IMG/VR virus record: IMGVR_UViG_3300045988_065902 | From: a virus | Length of the DNA stretch: 39,449 nucleotides | Reading direction: 5' to 3' (one strand) | In this document: piece by piece, positions 38,569 to 39,449 of the stretch | How positions within the stretch are numbered: the first letter of the stretch is position 1 | Layout of the letters: the number at the start of each line of letters is the position of its first letter | Position numbers and translations under genes: made by a program | The notes under the pieces: generated by a model | The model's input: the letters and a program-made list of their open reading frames with translations, nothing else | What the model was told of the DNA's origin: nothing | Databases searched by the model: none

Positions 38569-39449
38569 ATGGCATCAAAAGAATTTCGTTTCCATTACGT
38601 CAAAACGCCGACCGGCGCCATAAGCGGGCAGTCTGTCCTTACGCAAACAGAGGACGCGATTAATAACCTCGGCGACTATATGGTCGAGGCTACGGGCGAT
38701 GCGACCGAGGCGCTGAACAAGGCGACTGAGGCGCTCAACACGGCAAATACGGCTCAGCAGAATTCGGCTGAGGCGCTTGCTACTGCGAACTCTGCGATTG
38801 GCAAGGTCAACACTTTAACCAACACCGTTAACACGTTCGACGGGCGCATTAAAACAGCGGAAAGTAATGCCGCCAATGCCGTCACCGCGTCGACTGAAGC
38901 GTCTAATAATGCTGCTCAGGCCGTCACCACGTCCAACTCTGCGCTCAAAACGGCTCAGCAGGCAGTCACAACGGCCAATGCCGCGACGACGACGGCTCAG
39001 GAGGCAAGTGCTGCGGCCGCTCAAGCCGTAGGCACGGCGAACGCTGCGAACGCGACGGCGGCAGACGCGAAGCGAATTGCCCTGCAGGCCGTGACCGATA
39101 CGGACGCCATTCGCGAAGAAATCAATCAGAACATGGCCGTGATGACCGAGAAGGTCACAGAGGCCACGACGCAGGCGCAGAACTCTGCGGCTTCTGCTGG
39201 CGAATCGAAGGCCAGCAGTGACCTTTCTAAGCGGTGGGCGACATGGACGACGGGCGTTGAGACAGAAGACGGCACGATCTACACGGTCGATAACGACGGC
39301 TATTCGTCCAAATGGAACGCTCAGCTCGCTCAGGCGTGGGCGGTGAAAACTGACGGCAAGGTGACGGAAAACAACCTGCCGGATGGTGCTGAGATAGATT
39401 ACTCGGCGAAGTACTACGCACAACAGGCCGGGGGTTCGAATAGCGCGGC
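38569..39449 (+). CDS. Tail fibre protein, 5' part (continues at base 1 through the terminal overlap); not in the ORF track because no stop lies in the window
   Basis: My translation is MASKEFRFHYVKTPTGAISGQSVLTQTEDAINNLGDY...; Ala/Thr/Asn-rich coiled-coil-like repeats follow, then ...DGYSSKWNAQLAQAWAVKTDGKV, identical to the window start. Confidence 0.8.
   Translation, partial: MASKEFRFHYVKTPTGAISGQSVLTQTEDAINNLGDYMVEATGDATEALNKATEALNTANTAQQNSAEALATANSAIGKVNTLTNTVNTFDGRIKTAESNAANAVTASTEASNNAAQAVTTSNSALKTAQQAVTTANAATTTAQEASAAAAQAVGTANAANATAADAKRIALQAVTDTDAIREEINQNMAVMTEKVTEATTQAQNSAASAGESKASSDLSKRWATWTTGVETEDGTIYTVDNDGYSSKWNAQLAQAWAVKTDGKVTENNLPDGAEIDYSAKYYAQQAGGSNSA
39309..39449. repeat. 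Terminal overlap, second copy (identical to 1..141)
   Basis: See feature 1..141. Confidence 0.95.

Noticed and set aside
38815-39423. 202-aa minus-strand ORF at the window end.
   Set aside because: It is antisense to the 5' part of the wrapped tail-fibre gene, Arg-rich, and a shadow frame.
37492-39449. A diversity-generating retroelement targeting the fibre genes was considered.
   Set aside because: There is no reverse transcriptase ORF anywhere in the genome, and I noticed no template/variable repeat pair with adenine-specific differences.

Overview
The window is a complete tailed dsDNA phage genome. Bases 1-141 are identical to 39309-39449, so the unique length is 39,308 bp, and the tail-fibre gene that starts at 38569 continues at base 1.

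Layout:
- Late, rightward arm (16794 -> 39308/1 -> 5115): terS, terL, portal, MuF-like head morphogenesis protein, protease/scaffold, capsid genes, neck, contractile-tail sheath and tube, chaperone with a -1 frameshift, tape measure, baseplate, two tail fibres, XkdX, a Kelch-like propeller, and a lysis cassette (holin, M15 endolysin, embedded spanins).
- Early, leftward arm (11462 -> 5331): Erf, SSB, Gp157-like protein, a PAPS-reductase-like enzyme, small unknowns, and a ribbon-helix-helix (RHH) protein.
- Early, rightward arm (11782 -> 16565): Cro-like protein, O-like initiator carrying its own iterons, DnaB-like helicase, RusA, and a Q-like antiterminator.

I recognise no integrase or CI-type repressor.

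The most unusual observation is that terL and the MuF-like gene each carry an intein with canonical splicing blocks, yet the recognisable homing endonuclease is not in the intein frame. In terL an HNH ORF sits in another frame of the same strand. In the MuF-like gene an HTH + Vsr/PD-(D/E)xK-like ORF with its own Shine-Dalgarno lies codon-aligned on the opposite strand. In both cases the host frame stays open across the whole endonuclease gene.

A third, free-standing endonuclease-like gene with its own promoter sits in an AT-rich patch between the baseplate and fibre genes.

All family calls come from motif recognition by eye. No searches or folding programs were run.
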